Virus record (IMG/VR): IMGVR_UViG_3300010398_000004 | Coordinates: 1 to 49,264 of that record | Source of the DNA: a virus | Lineage: Duplodnaviria; Caudoviricetes | Strand: one strand, 5' to 3' | Length of the DNA: 49,264 nucleotides | Part shown: in pieces, positions 37,225 through 46,322 of the stretch | How the letters are laid out: each line of letters opens with the position of its first letter | Numbering within the stretch: position 1 is the stretch's first letter | Notes under the pieces: generated by a model | Database searches by the model: none | Told to the model about the DNA's origin: nothing | Seen by the model: only the letters and a program-made list of their open reading frames with translations | Position numbers and translations under genes: made by a program

Positions 37225-37395
37225 CTATCTGGCCCTCCTTACATCTGGATTTTCCTGTTTGAGCTTCATTAGCTTGGAATACCAGCGCTCGCAGTCAGCT
37301 ATATGAGCGCGTAACTCTTGAAGAACTTCTTCAAGATTCCTAGTCTTGTGTTGAGGCTCATAGGGAATTGGAAATTCTAGGAGCCTTGCGTTCAT
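37225..37395 (-). CDS. 56-aa protein MNARLLEFPIPYEPQHK... (not in ORF track)
   Basis: AAGGGGA RBS; overlaps 3' end of RHH gene; coiled-coil-like. Confidence 0.5.
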   Translation of the reverse strand: MNARLLEFPIPYEPQHKTRNLEEVLQELRAHIADCERWYSKLMKLKQENPDVRRAR

Positions 37396-37744
37396 TCTTC
37401 GGTTCCCCTTTGATAAATTTATGGGTCATCGCCACAGCAGATGTCGCTATGCGGATAGCATCCGCATCCCCGCAGACTAGGACATCTGCGAGCTTGCTCA
37501 GCCAAGCTCTTTGGTGCTTGGACAAAATCCTAGCACTTATCTCCGGAGAATCCAGCGCATTTATTTCAGGACTATGAATTCCGGTACATTCCCCCCTAAT
37601 CGATATAGTTTGGGGGGGTACCCGCTTCTCATCGAGGTGGCTCCTTATTGCTTCTTCGACCAGCGCTTGCATCGAGATCTGCCGTCTGACCGCTGCCAGC
37701 TTCGCCAGTTTACGAACCTCATTGCTACATCGGAAAAAAGCCAT
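37358..37744 (-). CDS. Ribbon-helix-helix (CopG/Arc-like) regulator, likely immunity repressor
   Basis: MAFFRCSNEVRKLAKLAAVRRQISMQALVEEAIRSHL; GGGAGG RBS; divergent from early operon. Confidence 0.72.
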   Translation of the reverse strand: MAFFRCSNEVRKLAKLAAVRRQISMQALVEEAIRSHLDEKRVPPQTISIRGECTGIHSPEINALDSPEISARILSKHQRAWLSKLADVLVCGDADAIRIATSAVAMTHKFIKGEPKNERKAPRISNSL

Positions 37745-37821
37745 ACGCCTCCCTGCTCAATTGCGTTTCCCTGTTTTGTCCCTAAAGCCCACTTCGGCAT
37801 TCCAACTCTTCCAACTCCCCA

Positions 37822-37851
37822 TTGACATCGTGTCTCGAACGAGACAATAAT
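37822..37851 (+). promoter_or_regulatory. Rightward early promoter with palindrome TGTCTC-N4-GAGACA in spacer
   Basis: TTGACA-N18-AATAAT; palindrome at 37831-37846. Confidence 0.6.
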
Positions 37852-37912
37852 CCTTGCGTGTGCGCCACCCCTGGCAACAAAGGCCGCATGATAAGCAGGA
37901 TCATATCACAAG

Positions 37913-37926
37913 AACCACATGTGGTA
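37913..37926. promoter_or_regulatory. Operator copy AACCACATGTGGTA
   Basis: Perfect core palindrome in leader of first early gene. Confidence 0.6.
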
Positions 37927-37953
37927 CGCCCTGAAAGCCAAGGAGACTCCAAT

Positions 37954-38169
37954 ATGCGTGATATGCCCAGTAACTCAACCGAAGCGGGGCCGTTGGAATC
38001 CCGCGCGGCGGATGAGCGGATGGACGCCCGCAAATGGGTGGGCGAGGCCAAAGCCGATCTGGCGGTAGCGGATGAACTGGTTGACGATCCCTGGATGCGG
38101 CATGCTTGTCGCCACTTCCTGGCATGCGTGGTGATGGACTGCGAGAAAGCTCTGGAACTTTTGAGGTGA
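37954..38169 (+). CDS. Hypothetical early protein
   Basis: AAGGAG RBS. Confidence 0.6.
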   Translation: MRDMPSNSTEAGPLESRAADERMDARKWVGEAKADLAVADELVDDPWMRHACRHFLACVVMDCEKALELLR

Positions 38170-38172
38170 TTT

Positions 38173-38448
38173 ATGTGTCCCGAATGCTCTTCAGAAAAAG
38201 TCTACGCGACACCGTACGACTACGGCATCGATTCCGACACCGGCTATCACGATCAAGGCGAGATGGCCCGCTGTAGCGAGTGCGGATGGCAGGGCGTGCC
38301 GGAGGACGTGGTCCCACCCCGATATATGCGCTGCGCTCTACGGCGCGACCATGCCGGTCCACACTTTTTCCTTCGCTTCAGGACGCGGGAACTATCTTCG
38401 TGGGAATGTCCGGTGGTGCCGAGTGGTGAGCATGAAGAAGCAGCCTGA
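38173..38448 (+). CDS. Zinc-ribbon protein
   Basis: CPEC...CSECGW; GAGGTG RBS. Confidence 0.65.
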   Translation: MCPECSSEKVYATPYDYGIDSDTGYHDQGEMARCSECGWQGVPEDVVPPRYMRCALRRDHAGPHFFLRFRTRELSSWECPVVPSGEHEEAA

Positions 38449-38716
38449 CGAGATGCCGGTAGCCCCGCCGAATCAGACGGCGGTACACGCAATGGAGAAG
38501 CACCTTTCGGTGCAGCAAGTGGCAAAGATGTGGGGCTTGGGAGAAAACACCGTGCGGCGGATGTTCGAGGATTTGCAGGGAGTGCTGAAGATCTCGCAGC
38601 CAAGGCTGAACGGGGCGCACGCCAAACGTGCGCCCCGCACCATCCTACGCATTCCCGAATCGCTCGTGATTCGTGTGCATGAGGATTGGTCGCGCGGTTT
38701 CCTTGCCAAAGTCTAG
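38432..38716 (+). CDS. xis: Excisionase-like HTH protein
   Basis: HLSVQQVAKMWGLGENTVRRMF...LRIPES; convergent with and overlapping integrase. Confidence 0.7.
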   Translation: MKKQPDEMPVAPPNQTAVHAMEKHLSVQQVAKMWGLGENTVRRMFEDLQGVLKISQPRLNGAHAKRAPRTILRIPESLVIRVHEDWSRGFLAKV

Positions 38717-39811
38717 GACTCTGACTGCGTTGTCGAGCAGCCGCTGGTGGGCTGCGACGAAGTGGGCATAATGTTGTTCGGTTGTCTTAACGCTTCGATG
38801 TCCCAAGAGCAACTGCACGGTGCGGATATCGACACCCCTCGACAGCAACTCGACGGCGAACGTATCGCGGAAACGGTGCGGATGGGCATCCTCCACTTTG
38901 GCAATCGCGCCCAGACGCTGAATGCTGCGCCACATATTCTGAGCGCAGCGGCGAAGCCCGCCCTTGCCGGTCCAGAAAAAATACTCGGGACTCTGGGCAG
39001 GCAGTCCAAGCAACGCCTGAACCGCATCGGGATGCAGTTCCACTTTGAGCGGCACGCGCGTTTTCATCTGGCGCAGCGTGAGGTGCCGCGTAGTGGGGTC
39101 AAGAGCGGATCGCTTCAGCTTCGCCACATCGCTGACCCGCAGACCGCTGTAGAGCAGCGTGTAGACCAGAGCCCGCGCCCGCTGCCGGATGTACCGGGTT
39201 TGTTCGGCGTCACGGGTGCCGATGGTATCGGCGGCGCGAATCAGCCGCGTGACCTCGTCCGGAGTGTAAGGCATCGTCACCGCGTAATCCGCTTCGGGAA
39301 GCTTCACTTCGGCTGCGGGATTTTCCGTGATCCATTTTTGTGCGACGCAAAACCGGAAAAACATTTTGATATTGATCAGTTCTTTTCGGCGCGTGGCGGG
39401 GGAGCCGCTGCGCGATTCGCGGTATCGCATGACCTTGGCGATATTGAACGCCGATATCCGAGTACCGGCTCCGAAATGCTGGATGAACGGGTTCAGCGTG
39501 TAGTGGTAGTTCGCGAGCGTAGCGGGTTTCAGGTCGCGGGCTTTGGCATCGGCCACAAAGCGGTCGATGGCCGCTTCCAGGGCGGGCGACGACACTTCGT
39601 GTGTGATCACGTCGTCTGCAACCTGATCTCCCCTTTCGAGCGCCCGCATGCGCCGCAGGGCTTGATCCCAATTACTGGTGTAGAGCGAACGCATGATGCG
39701 CTGGCCGTTCAGCATTCCATCGCACCAGACCGTGCAATCGCACAAGCTAAAGTTCCGTCCCTTGGCGGCGTGAGGGCAAGCTTTTTTGTGGCGTCTATGG
39801 GCAGTAAGCAT
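38645..39811 (-). CDS. int: Tyrosine integrase
   Basis: SGLRVSD, K, HRFRDTFA, LLGH, HY catalytic residues; N-terminal RRH...C.H......C.C..W arm domain. Confidence 0.95.
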   Translation of the reverse strand: MLTAHRRHKKACPHAAKGRNFSLCDCTVWCDGMLNGQRIMRSLYTSNWDQALRRMRALERGDQVADDVITHEVSSPALEAAIDRFVADAKARDLKPATLANYHYTLNPFIQHFGAGTRISAFNIAKVMRYRESRSGSPATRRKELINIKMFFRFCVAQKWITENPAAEVKLPEADYAVTMPYTPDEVTRLIRAADTIGTRDAEQTRYIRQRARALVYTLLYSGLRVSDVAKLKRSALDPTTRHLTLRQMKTRVPLKVELHPDAVQALLGLPAQSPEYFFWTGKGGLRRCAQNMWRSIQRLGAIAKVEDAHPHRFRDTFAVELLSRGVDIRTVQLLLGHRSVKTTEQHYAHFVAAHQRLLDNAVRVLDFGKETARPILMHTNHERFGNA

Positions 39812-40020
39812 GTAAAAATTATACGCTTTTGTTACGTGGACCTGTTACACGAATTTGTAAAAATCTTCAAGTTGCTTGTTTTGTGTAGTTTAGCATACCG
39901 GAAGACACTACGTCGGGGTAGATTTATCATCAATAAGTTGCATCGCGTTGTTTATTCTACTAGTGCGCTGAGTTCCCCGAAGCCCACGAAGAGGCCATTC
40001 TGTTACGTGCGTAACAACGC
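39812..40020. other. Putative attP region and leaderless int promoter
   Basis: AT-rich; TGTTAC(G/A) repeats at 39830, 39843, 40001 and inverted at 40010; IHF-like CATCAATAAGTTG 39928-39940; TATAAT on minus strand 6 nt before int ATG. Confidence 0.6.
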
Positions 40021-40031
40021 TTGGAGGACTA

Positions 40032-40217
40032 ATGAAGACACCGAATATCGGCGTGCATCTGGACATCACGGCTGACCGCGTGACCGGCTACGAGCTATCA
40101 CCGCGCGACGTGATCCTCACTTGGGCTCGCTGGTTTTTCCATCGGCGCAACATGCCCAATCTGCAAATCGATGAAGTGCGCATCGTGGAGGAGCAATGGG
40201 AGCAGGAGGCCGCATGA
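40032..40217 (+). CDS. Hypothetical protein
   Basis: GGAGG RBS. Confidence 0.65.
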   Translation: MKTPNIGVHLDITADRVTGYELSPRDVILTWARWFFHRRNMPNLQIDEVRIVEEQWEQEAA

Positions 40218-40447
40218 CGGAAGCCTTGTTTCCGCTGCGGCTCTACATCTATGACGCCGCAGGCCATCACGATAGCGGCATCGAGATCAGAACCGAAAGC
40301 CAGCTTAACGGAGTGGGTATGCGATGGATAATCCACAACGCCGTCGCCCAGAAGCGCGAAGTGCGCATCACCGACCCGGCGGATTTCCTGGTGTTCCATT
40401 CGCGGGACGGCAAGATTCTCTTTCCGGAAGATCAGGAGGCAGCATAG
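40214..40447 (+). CDS. Hypothetical protein
   Basis: AGGAGG RBS, ATGA overlap. Confidence 0.65.
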   Translation: MTEALFPLRLYIYDAAGHHDSGIEIRTESQLNGVGMRWIIHNAVAQKREVRITDPADFLVFHSRDGKILFPEDQEAA

Positions 40448-41467
40448 ATGGGCGCATTGACTCCAGCAGGCTGCATGCTACAGCAAGGACTCAATCGGGA
40501 ACAGGTCGATTTGATCAAGCGCACGATTGCAAAGGGAGCCACGGACGATGAACTGAAACTGTTCATCGACATGTGCAATCGCACCGGCCTCGATCCTTTC
40601 GCGCGGCAGATCTTTGCCGTGAAACGGTGGGACTCGCGCGAGCGGCGCGAGGTCATGCAGACGCAAACCAGCATTGATGGTTTTCGTTTGATGGCGGAAC
40701 GCAGCGGCAGATACGAAGGCCAGGAAGGGCCGTTCTGGTGCGGGCCGGATGGCGTGTGGAGGGATGTCTGGCTCTCGGAAGAGCCACCCGCCGCAGCCAA
40801 AATCGGAGCGCTCAAAGCCGGGTCGCGTGCTCCTTATTGGGGTGTGGCGCGGTACGGCGCTTATGTGCAGCTAAAGAGCGATGCCAAAGGGGGCGGGCCT
40901 AACAGCATGTGGGAGCGGATGCCGGATGTGATGCTGGCGAAATGCGCGGAGGCGCTGGCGCTTCGCAAGGCATTCCCGCAAGAGCTTTCAGGACTATATA
41001 CCGGGGAGGAAATGGCGCAGGCGGAAAGCGAACAGCGGGGCACGAAAGAAGCCGCGCAGGCCGTGGCGCAGCAGAAGATTGCCGCTATGCAGTCGGGTCA
41101 GAAATACGACGCGATCAAGATTGAGGTTGTGGACGCGGAGCCGGAGCCGCAGCCGGTGAGCGAGGAGCAGGCCTTGCACGACGACATCGTGGCCTTCCCG
41201 CCCCCGCCAGAAAAGCGGAGCAAGGGCACGCATAAACGGCAGACCGCCAACTTTTCCATGCTCGACCATTTCCGCGACATGAAAAAGCATTATCAGAGAT
41301 TAGGGTACGAATCTACCTACTACGGCGTGCTGGAGCGGTACGGCAAGGCGCATAGCGACGAGTTCAAAGACAGCGAAATCGAGCAGGCGAGAAATTGCTG
41401 GAAAGAAATGCAGTTGAATCTCGCCAACCTGGAATCCCTGAAGGAGGTGATGCCGGTGAAAAAATGA
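40448..41467 (+). CDS. bet: Single-strand annealing recombinase Bet/RecT
   Basis: GATDDEL..F...C..TGLDPF..QI, SIDGFR..A.R.G.Y.G, W..MP..ML.KCAEA.ALRKAFP..LSGLY..EEM. Confidence 0.92.
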   Translation: MGALTPAGCMLQQGLNREQVDLIKRTIAKGATDDELKLFIDMCNRTGLDPFARQIFAVKRWDSRERREVMQTQTSIDGFRLMAERSGRYEGQEGPFWCGPDGVWRDVWLSEEPPAAAKIGALKAGSRAPYWGVARYGAYVQLKSDAKGGGPNSMWERMPDVMLAKCAEALALRKAFPQELSGLYTGEEMAQAESEQRGTKEAAQAVAQQKIAAMQSGQKYDAIKIEVVDAEPEPQPVSEEQALHDDIVAFPPPPEKRSKGTHKRQTANFSMLDHFRDMKKHYQRLGYESTYYGVLERYGKAHSDEFKDSEIEQARNCWKEMQLNLANLESLKEVMPVKK

Positions 41468-41611
41468 GAATGGCGACTCTCAGGCATCAGCCCCCAACGA
41501 GCAAGCTATGGGAATGCGTTGGGGGCCTTAGAGAGCCGCAGGAATTTGGCTCGTCCGGTCCACCGTGAGAAGCGGCTGGCGGGCTGGTTTCTGCGGCTCT
41601 CTAAGGACAAA

Positions 41612-42070
41612 ATGCAGATCACCGTATACGGCCTTCCGGCACCGCAGGGCTCGAAAAAGTTCGTGGGCGTCAAGGGTGGGCGCGGAATCATGATCGAGTC
41701 CTGCCCAGCGGTGAGGCCGTGGCGGGAATCGATTAAATGTGCCGCTATTGAATCGGGCGGGCGCGTCGCGGGGCCGGTGTTCTTCTTTCTGACCTTTACC
41801 CTACCCCGCCCCCGAAGCGCCAGCAAAAAGCGGATATGGCCCGACCGCAAGCCCGATCTCTCCAAGTTGATCAGGGCGGTCGAGGATGCGCTCACCGATG
41901 CCGGGGTGTGGGAGGACGACGCCCGCATCGTGATGTGCCTGTCTGCCAAGTATTACGTGGCCCAGTGTCCTGCCGCTCTGGACCGGCCTGGGGTTGTGAT
42001 TGTAATTGAGGAGGCGAAGCGAATCTATGATGATTCACTTAGGGTATTGGAATCGGAAATTCCGAACTGA
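41612..42070 (+). CDS. rusA: RusA-family Holliday junction resolvase
   Basis: V.G.PAPQGSK, KPDLSKL.RAVEDALT.AGVW.DD..IV....K.Y. Confidence 0.9.
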   Translation: MQITVYGLPAPQGSKKFVGVKGGRGIMIESCPAVRPWRESIKCAAIESGGRVAGPVFFFLTFTLPRPRSASKKRIWPDRKPDLSKLIRAVEDALTDAGVWEDDARIVMCLSAKYYVAQCPAALDRPGVVIVIEEAKRIYDDSLRVLESEIPN

Positions 42071-42236
42071 AAACGAAATCGATTTCCTGCGGGCGTTGTG
42101 GCGGGATAATCCCAATGCATTCTGGCGCTATGCGGAAATCGTGCAGTGCGGCATGCGGCGCTACGACAACACGGTGGAACTGGGGGCAGTGCTCCAAGAA
42201 ATCGAGCGCATCACATTCAGCCGGATGGTTGCCTAA
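42027..42236 (+). CDS. Hypothetical protein
   Basis: GAGGAGG RBS. Confidence 0.55.
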   Translation: MMIHLGYWNRKFRTENEIDFLRALWRDNPNAFWRYAEIVQCGMRRYDNTVELGAVLQEIERITFSRMVA

Positions 42237-42253
42237 AAACCGGGAGGCGCAGC

Positions 42254-43021
42254 ATGCCAGCGAAACCATATCTCAAATTTTTTTGCGATGCATGGATGGG
42301 CGATGCAGCCCTGCGGAAATGCTGCCGCGCCACCAGAGGCACATGGATGGACATATTATGCCTGATGGCGCAGGGAACGCCCTACGGGCATCTGGCTGAC
42401 GGAAACGGCGCTTTGCCGATGGGCTTCGTGGCGGCGTGGTGCGGCCTCAAGACGGGAGCACTGCTCGCATCCCTCAAAGAGCTTGCCACGCACGGCGTGT
42501 TCAGCCGCACTGCGACCGGCATCATTTATTCACGCCGCATGGTGCGCGATGAGAACATCCGGCGGAAGCGGGCGAGCGGGGGAAACAGGAGCCTCGAAAA
42601 CGCCAAAGTACCTCGCCGGAAGGATATCCTTAAGGATACCCTTGAAGGATATCCTTCAAGGACGTCCATAAAGGATACCTTAAAGGACGTCCCTATAGGT
42701 GTAGGTGGTGGTGTTATTACTAAACCACCACCACCAACACCACCACCTGCTTCCGGAAATTTTGCGATTTCTGATTCGGAATTTCCCGAACTGACGCAGG
42801 CCGTGCAAAGCCGTTTTCCGTCTGCGGACGGCGGTTTTATTTTCCGCATCGCGCAGGACGCAATACAAGGCGCACTCTCGAAAGGCATTGATCCCAGGCT
42901 AGTTACCGATCACGTTCTCGCGGAAGCAGTCAAGACTTCGCTGCGCACGGACGATGTGCGCGGGGCTGGCCTGCTCCTGCTGACCGTGCCCAGGATCATA
43001 CAGTCATGGGGCAAGGATTGA
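42254..43021 (+). CDS. Phage replication initiator (N-terminal wHTH, lambda O-like organisation)
   Basis: PYLKF...W..D..LR.C....RG.W.D.LC.M....PYG.L, GVFSR...G.IYSRRMVRD; internal iteron array. Confidence 0.75.
   Translation: MPAKPYLKFFCDAWMGDAALRKCCRATRGTWMDILCLMAQGTPYGHLADGNGALPMGFVAAWCGLKTGALLASLKELATHGVFSRTATGIIYSRRMVRDENIRRKRASGGNRSLENAKVPRRKDILKDTLEGYPSRTSIKDTLKDVPIGVGGGVITKPPPPTPPPASGNFAISDSEFPELTQAVQSRFPSADGGFIFRIAQDAIQGALSKGIDPRLVTDHVLAEAVKTSLRTDDVRGAGLLLLTVPRIIQSWGKD
42620..42750. repeat. Putative replication origin: six 12-bp iterons (AAGGATATCCTT-like) plus GGT/ACC inverted repeat
   Basis: Copies at 42620, 42632, 42645, 42658, 42671, 42683, inside the initiator gene. Confidence 0.75.
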
Positions 43022-43022
43022 C

Positions 43023-43301
43023 ATGAGCAAACTGTCTAAGTTGGCGAAAGCACAGCAGTTACCTGACGCCACCGAATCGCTGGAAGGGCGGGCGCAAATC
43101 TGGGATCACGATCTCGGCTGCTGGGTGCTGCTCGATGAAGCAGCGGTCGCAAAACGCTGGCCCGACAAGCCATCCGGCGCAGCCGAATTGGTATCCCGAA
43201 CGGTATACCGGACGGGATACCAAAACGGGTCCGTTTCGGACCCCAAAAGCGACCCGAAAAGGGACCCGATTCGGATACCAAAACGGCAGGGAACGCGATG
43301 A
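43023..43301 (+). CDS. Hypothetical protein with repetitive C-terminus
   Basis: Coupled to neighbours; SDPK/RDP repeats. Confidence 0.55.
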   Translation: MSKLSKLAKAQQLPDATESLEGRAQIWDHDLGCWVLLDEAAVAKRWPDKPSGAAELVSRTVYRTGYQNGSVSDPKSDPKRDPIRIPKRQGTR

Positions 43302-43642
43302 TCGAAGACGGCGACGACATCTGCCGGAACTACCATCGTGGCGACCCCGAATCGGAAGACGCCAACGGGCTGGTTGCGCCGCACAAAAGCGTGCAGCGGT
43401 GCGAGATCCTGCGGGTGATTTCGCAGCATCCGGAGGGTATCCACTGCGAGGCCATCGAGCGTGCGCTGGGCATGAAGCACCAGACCACATCGGCCAGAAT
43501 CGCGGAACTGCGGCAAGCGCAAATGGTCGAAATCTGCGGCTATACGCAGACCTCCAGCGGCGCTCGCGCACGCCTCTACGCGATTCCGCCTCCCGATGTC
43601 GAGCCGCCCCCTGAGGAAGTCGAGGTTGGCTGTGGAGCCTGA
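43298..43642 (+). CDS. Winged-HTH DNA-binding protein
   Basis: G..CE.I...LGM.HQT.SARIAEL......E..G...T.SG..A..Y. Confidence 0.75.
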   Translation: MIEDGDDICRNYHRGDPESEDANGLVAPHKSVQRCEILRVISQHPEGIHCEAIERALGMKHQTTSARIAELRQAQMVEICGYTQTSSGARARLYAIPPPDVEPPPEEVEVGCGA

Positions 43643-43800
43643 TCCCCGCCGTCCGGACAAGCACATCGATCCCGGCACCCGCATCTGGCCCATTGCCGAG
43701 TGGGGCGGCGAATGCGGGCGGGGGCTTAACCCGGCAGTGAAGCCCAGCGCCCGCAAAAAGGCCACCCGCAAGCGGCGCAAACCCCCGGCAAAATAACCCC

Positions 43801-43835
43801 TTGCACCAAAACCGCATGTGGTTTATGCTGGTAGC
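43801..43835 (+). promoter_or_regulatory. sigma70-type early promoter with operator; leaderless start
   Basis: TTGCAC-N17(CCGCATGTGG)-TATGCT-N6-ATG. Confidence 0.82.
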
Positions 43836-45404
43836 ATGGAAACTACACCTACCCCGCAATCCACCCAGCCGGAACGGAACGTGGACGATCAGGGCAACCC
43901 GATCTACCGTATTCCGGAAGGCAATCTCGACGGGCTGAAAGCCCGTGTCGAGAAACTTAACCGCCGCGCCAAGCGTCTCGGCATGGCTCCGCTGGCGCTG
44001 ACCGAAACCGGCGAAGAGTTCGAGACGCGCCGCAAGCGCGTGGACCCGGACGACGAGGAGTTGGAAAGAACCATTGCACACCTCATGGGGACTTGCCCCG
44101 CCCGCTACGTCGAGTATCAGGTCCGGTTCATCCTCATCACCCTGACCGGCGAACGGCCCCGCATCAACGGTTGGACCTTCTGCGCCACCATCGAGCACGG
44201 CGAAGGCGGCAACATCCTGCGCACCGTCCCCGGCTTCGAAGAGAACCTCCCCAAGCGTTACCGCACGGCTGAGACGCTCTGCGACCATTGCGGCCATGAC
44301 CGGCGGCGCAAGGACACTTACGTGCTCCGCAGCGATTCCGGCGAATGGAAGCAGGTCGGGCGCAACTGCCTCGCTGACTTCCTGCGCACGTCGAATCCGG
44401 CTGGGCTCGCGGAATGGGCCGAACTCCTGGCATCGCTCGATGAGGAGGTAGGGGTCTACGAGGACCAGGGCTTCGGGGGCGGCTCCGGCAAGCGCTACTA
44501 CCCGATGATCAGGTTGCTGTCGCAGGCTGCGGCGTGCATCCGCAATGACGGCTGGTGCTCGCGCACGGAGGCCCGCAACGACTTCCAGGGCGGCAGGCAG
44601 GCCAGCGCCGATCAGGCTCTGGATTGGTTCGACCACAAGTGGGTGAGCAAGCAGCGCAAGGACAAGATCGAGCGCTACACGCCCAGCGACGAGGATCACG
44701 CCCGCGCCGCAGCCGCTATCGAATGGGCGCAGGCCATCGAGACGGATGCCTCGAACGACTACCTCTGGAACGTGCGCGTGGTGGGTCACAAGGAATCGGT
44801 GGACGGGCGCTCTGCTGGCCTCGCGGCTTCGATCCTGATGGCCCACGCAAGGCATCTGGAGCGGGAACTGAAGAGGAAGTACGAGAACGAGTCGCGGCTG
44901 AACGAGTGGTTTGGGACCGTGGGCGAGCGGGGCATCTACACGCTGCGCGTCACCGGCCTGCGCGAGATCGAAGGCGCATACGGCCTCACCACGCTGGTGA
45001 TGTTCCGCGACGAAGCGGGCCGTGACGCGAAGTGGTTCGCCAGCGGCTCCCCCTCCGAGTTCGGGCTGGATCGCACGCTGATCGTCAAAGCCACCATCAA
45101 GGCGCACGAGACCTACAAAGACCGCAAGCAGACCATGCTGTCCCGCGTGGCGACTTACGACGAAGCGGCTGAAGCCCAGACGAAGGCCGATGCCAAGGAA
45201 GCCCGCAAGATCCTGAAGCGCTACGCCAAGACCCATGTCTGCGAGCACGCCGCAGCGCTCGGCCGCTGGAATACGCATTATTTCACCCCGCCCGAAATCA
45301 TCGTTCTCCGTGAGGATTGGGGCGGGGCGTATGCCGTCCCGTGCTGCGAGGACTGCAAGGCCAAGTGGGCTGCGGCTGCGGCGGCGCAGGAGGTGGGCAA
45401 GTGA
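43836..45404 (+). CDS. Conserved phage early protein with Zn-binding motif and probable C-terminal OB fold
   Basis: CDHC...R.RK..Y.......KQVG..CL.DF; GTVGER...L.V...; IVKATIK.H..YK..KQT.L.RV. Confidence 0.8.
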   Translation: METTPTPQSTQPERNVDDQGNPIYRIPEGNLDGLKARVEKLNRRAKRLGMAPLALTETGEEFETRRKRVDPDDEELERTIAHLMGTCPARYVEYQVRFILITLTGERPRINGWTFCATIEHGEGGNILRTVPGFEENLPKRYRTAETLCDHCGHDRRRKDTYVLRSDSGEWKQVGRNCLADFLRTSNPAGLAEWAELLASLDEEVGVYEDQGFGGGSGKRYYPMIRLLSQAAACIRNDGWCSRTEARNDFQGGRQASADQALDWFDHKWVSKQRKDKIERYTPSDEDHARAAAAIEWAQAIETDASNDYLWNVRVVGHKESVDGRSAGLAASILMAHARHLERELKRKYENESRLNEWFGTVGERGIYTLRVTGLREIEGAYGLTTLVMFRDEAGRDAKWFASGSPSEFGLDRTLIVKATIKAHETYKDRKQTMLSRVATYDEAAEAQTKADAKEARKILKRYAKTHVCEHAAALGRWNTHYFTPPEIIVLREDWGGAYAVPCCEDCKAKWAAAAAAQEVGK

Positions 45405-45673
45405 GAATCTGGGAATTGGCGTATCCCTGCGAGGGCCAACCGGACGGGTACGGCCATGAATGGTTCACCAGCAAGCGAGCGGCGGAAAAGGCACTCGCTG
45501 AACTGAAGCGTGAGGTAGCGGCTACGGAGAAAGCTCACGCGGCATTTGACGGCAATCCCTATGATGCGCCGCCACTGTCCACCGCGAAACCGGAATGGGC
45601 CGATATCAGGCCGGTTGATTTCCACGGCACGGCGCAGCAGATGGTGCTTCAGGCACTGAGGCACATGAGTTGA
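45401..45673 (+). CDS. Hypothetical early protein
   Basis: GGAGGT RBS, GTGA overlap. Confidence 0.65.
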   Translation: MRIWELAYPCEGQPDGYGHEWFTSKRAAEKALAELKREVAATEKAHAAFDGNPYDAPPLSTAKPEWADIRPVDFHGTAQQMVLQALRHMS

Positions 45674-45679
45674 TTTCGC

Positions 45680-45709
45680 TTGCGACGCAAACCACATGTA
45701 GTTTAGACT
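45680..45709 (+). promoter_or_regulatory. sigma70-type early promoter with operator
   Basis: TTGCGA-N18(CCACATGTAG)-TAGACT. Confidence 0.72.
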
Positions 45710-45727
45710 AGATAATGGAGGTTAACC

Positions 45728-45940
45728 ATGACGAAGCAGTACCGCATTCAACGCAGCGACCACCTTGGGATCGTGAACCGTGCTTTCGGGGGCAGGACCG
45801 TGCATTGGTCGCCCTGGAGGACAGTGGCTTACTTCCCCACGGAGCAGAAGGCTCAAGAGAGATTCAGCGAGCTTTCCAGGCAGGGTTTAAGCCGTACGCG
45901 CATCCTGTACGGCTCGGAAGTTGTAGCGAAGAGTCTGTAG
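45728..45940 (+). CDS. Hypothetical early protein
   Basis: GGAGGT RBS. Confidence 0.65.
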   Translation: MTKQYRIQRSDHLGIVNRAFGGRTVHWSPWRTVAYFPTEQKAQERFSELSRQGLSRTRILYGSEVVAKSL

Positions 45941-45949
45941 GAGGCGACA

Positions 45950-46321
45950 ATGGACAACAACAACAACGACGCTTACATCCGCACCGAATATGACCGCATC
46001 CTGGCATCGCTCGACGGCATACCCGGCGTGACGCGCACGCAGCCTTCGACCATCCGGAACGTGGACTTCATCGGCACCAGCCAGACATTCATCGTCACCA
46101 CCTACCGCATGCGCGAACGCGGCGACACGGTGTTTCTCGAAACCATCTCCGGCGAAGGCTCGCTGCGCCTCGTGATTCCGCCCCCCGTGGTGGAGGCCAT
46201 TTGCAGACAGAGAGACGCCCTGACGACGAAGGTGCGCCGCAAGGTGGGCAAGGCCAGCGCTGAAGCCCGCAAGGCCCGTGGCGAACTGCCGGGGTTCATG
46301 CTGAAGCACAAGCGCAAGTAA
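45950..46321 (+). CDS. Hypothetical early protein with basic C-terminus
   Basis: AGGAGG RBS. Confidence 0.7.
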   Translation: MDNNNNDAYIRTEYDRILASLDGIPGVTRTQPSTIRNVDFIGTSQTFIVTTYRMRERGDTVFLETISGEGSLRLVIPPPVVEAICRQRDALTTKVRRKVGKASAEARKARGELPGFMLKHKRK

Positions 46322-46322
46322 T

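Noticed and set aside
38445-38480. CTGACGA as a second hammerhead core
   Set aside because: No stem II-GAAA-stem III arrangement; lies in overlapping coding sequence
39860-39960. tRNA fragment as att core
   Set aside because: No GTTCRA/T-arm or CCA-end pattern visible
42620-43290. Short repeat arrays as CRISPR
   Set aside because: 12-bp units with no spacers and no cas genes
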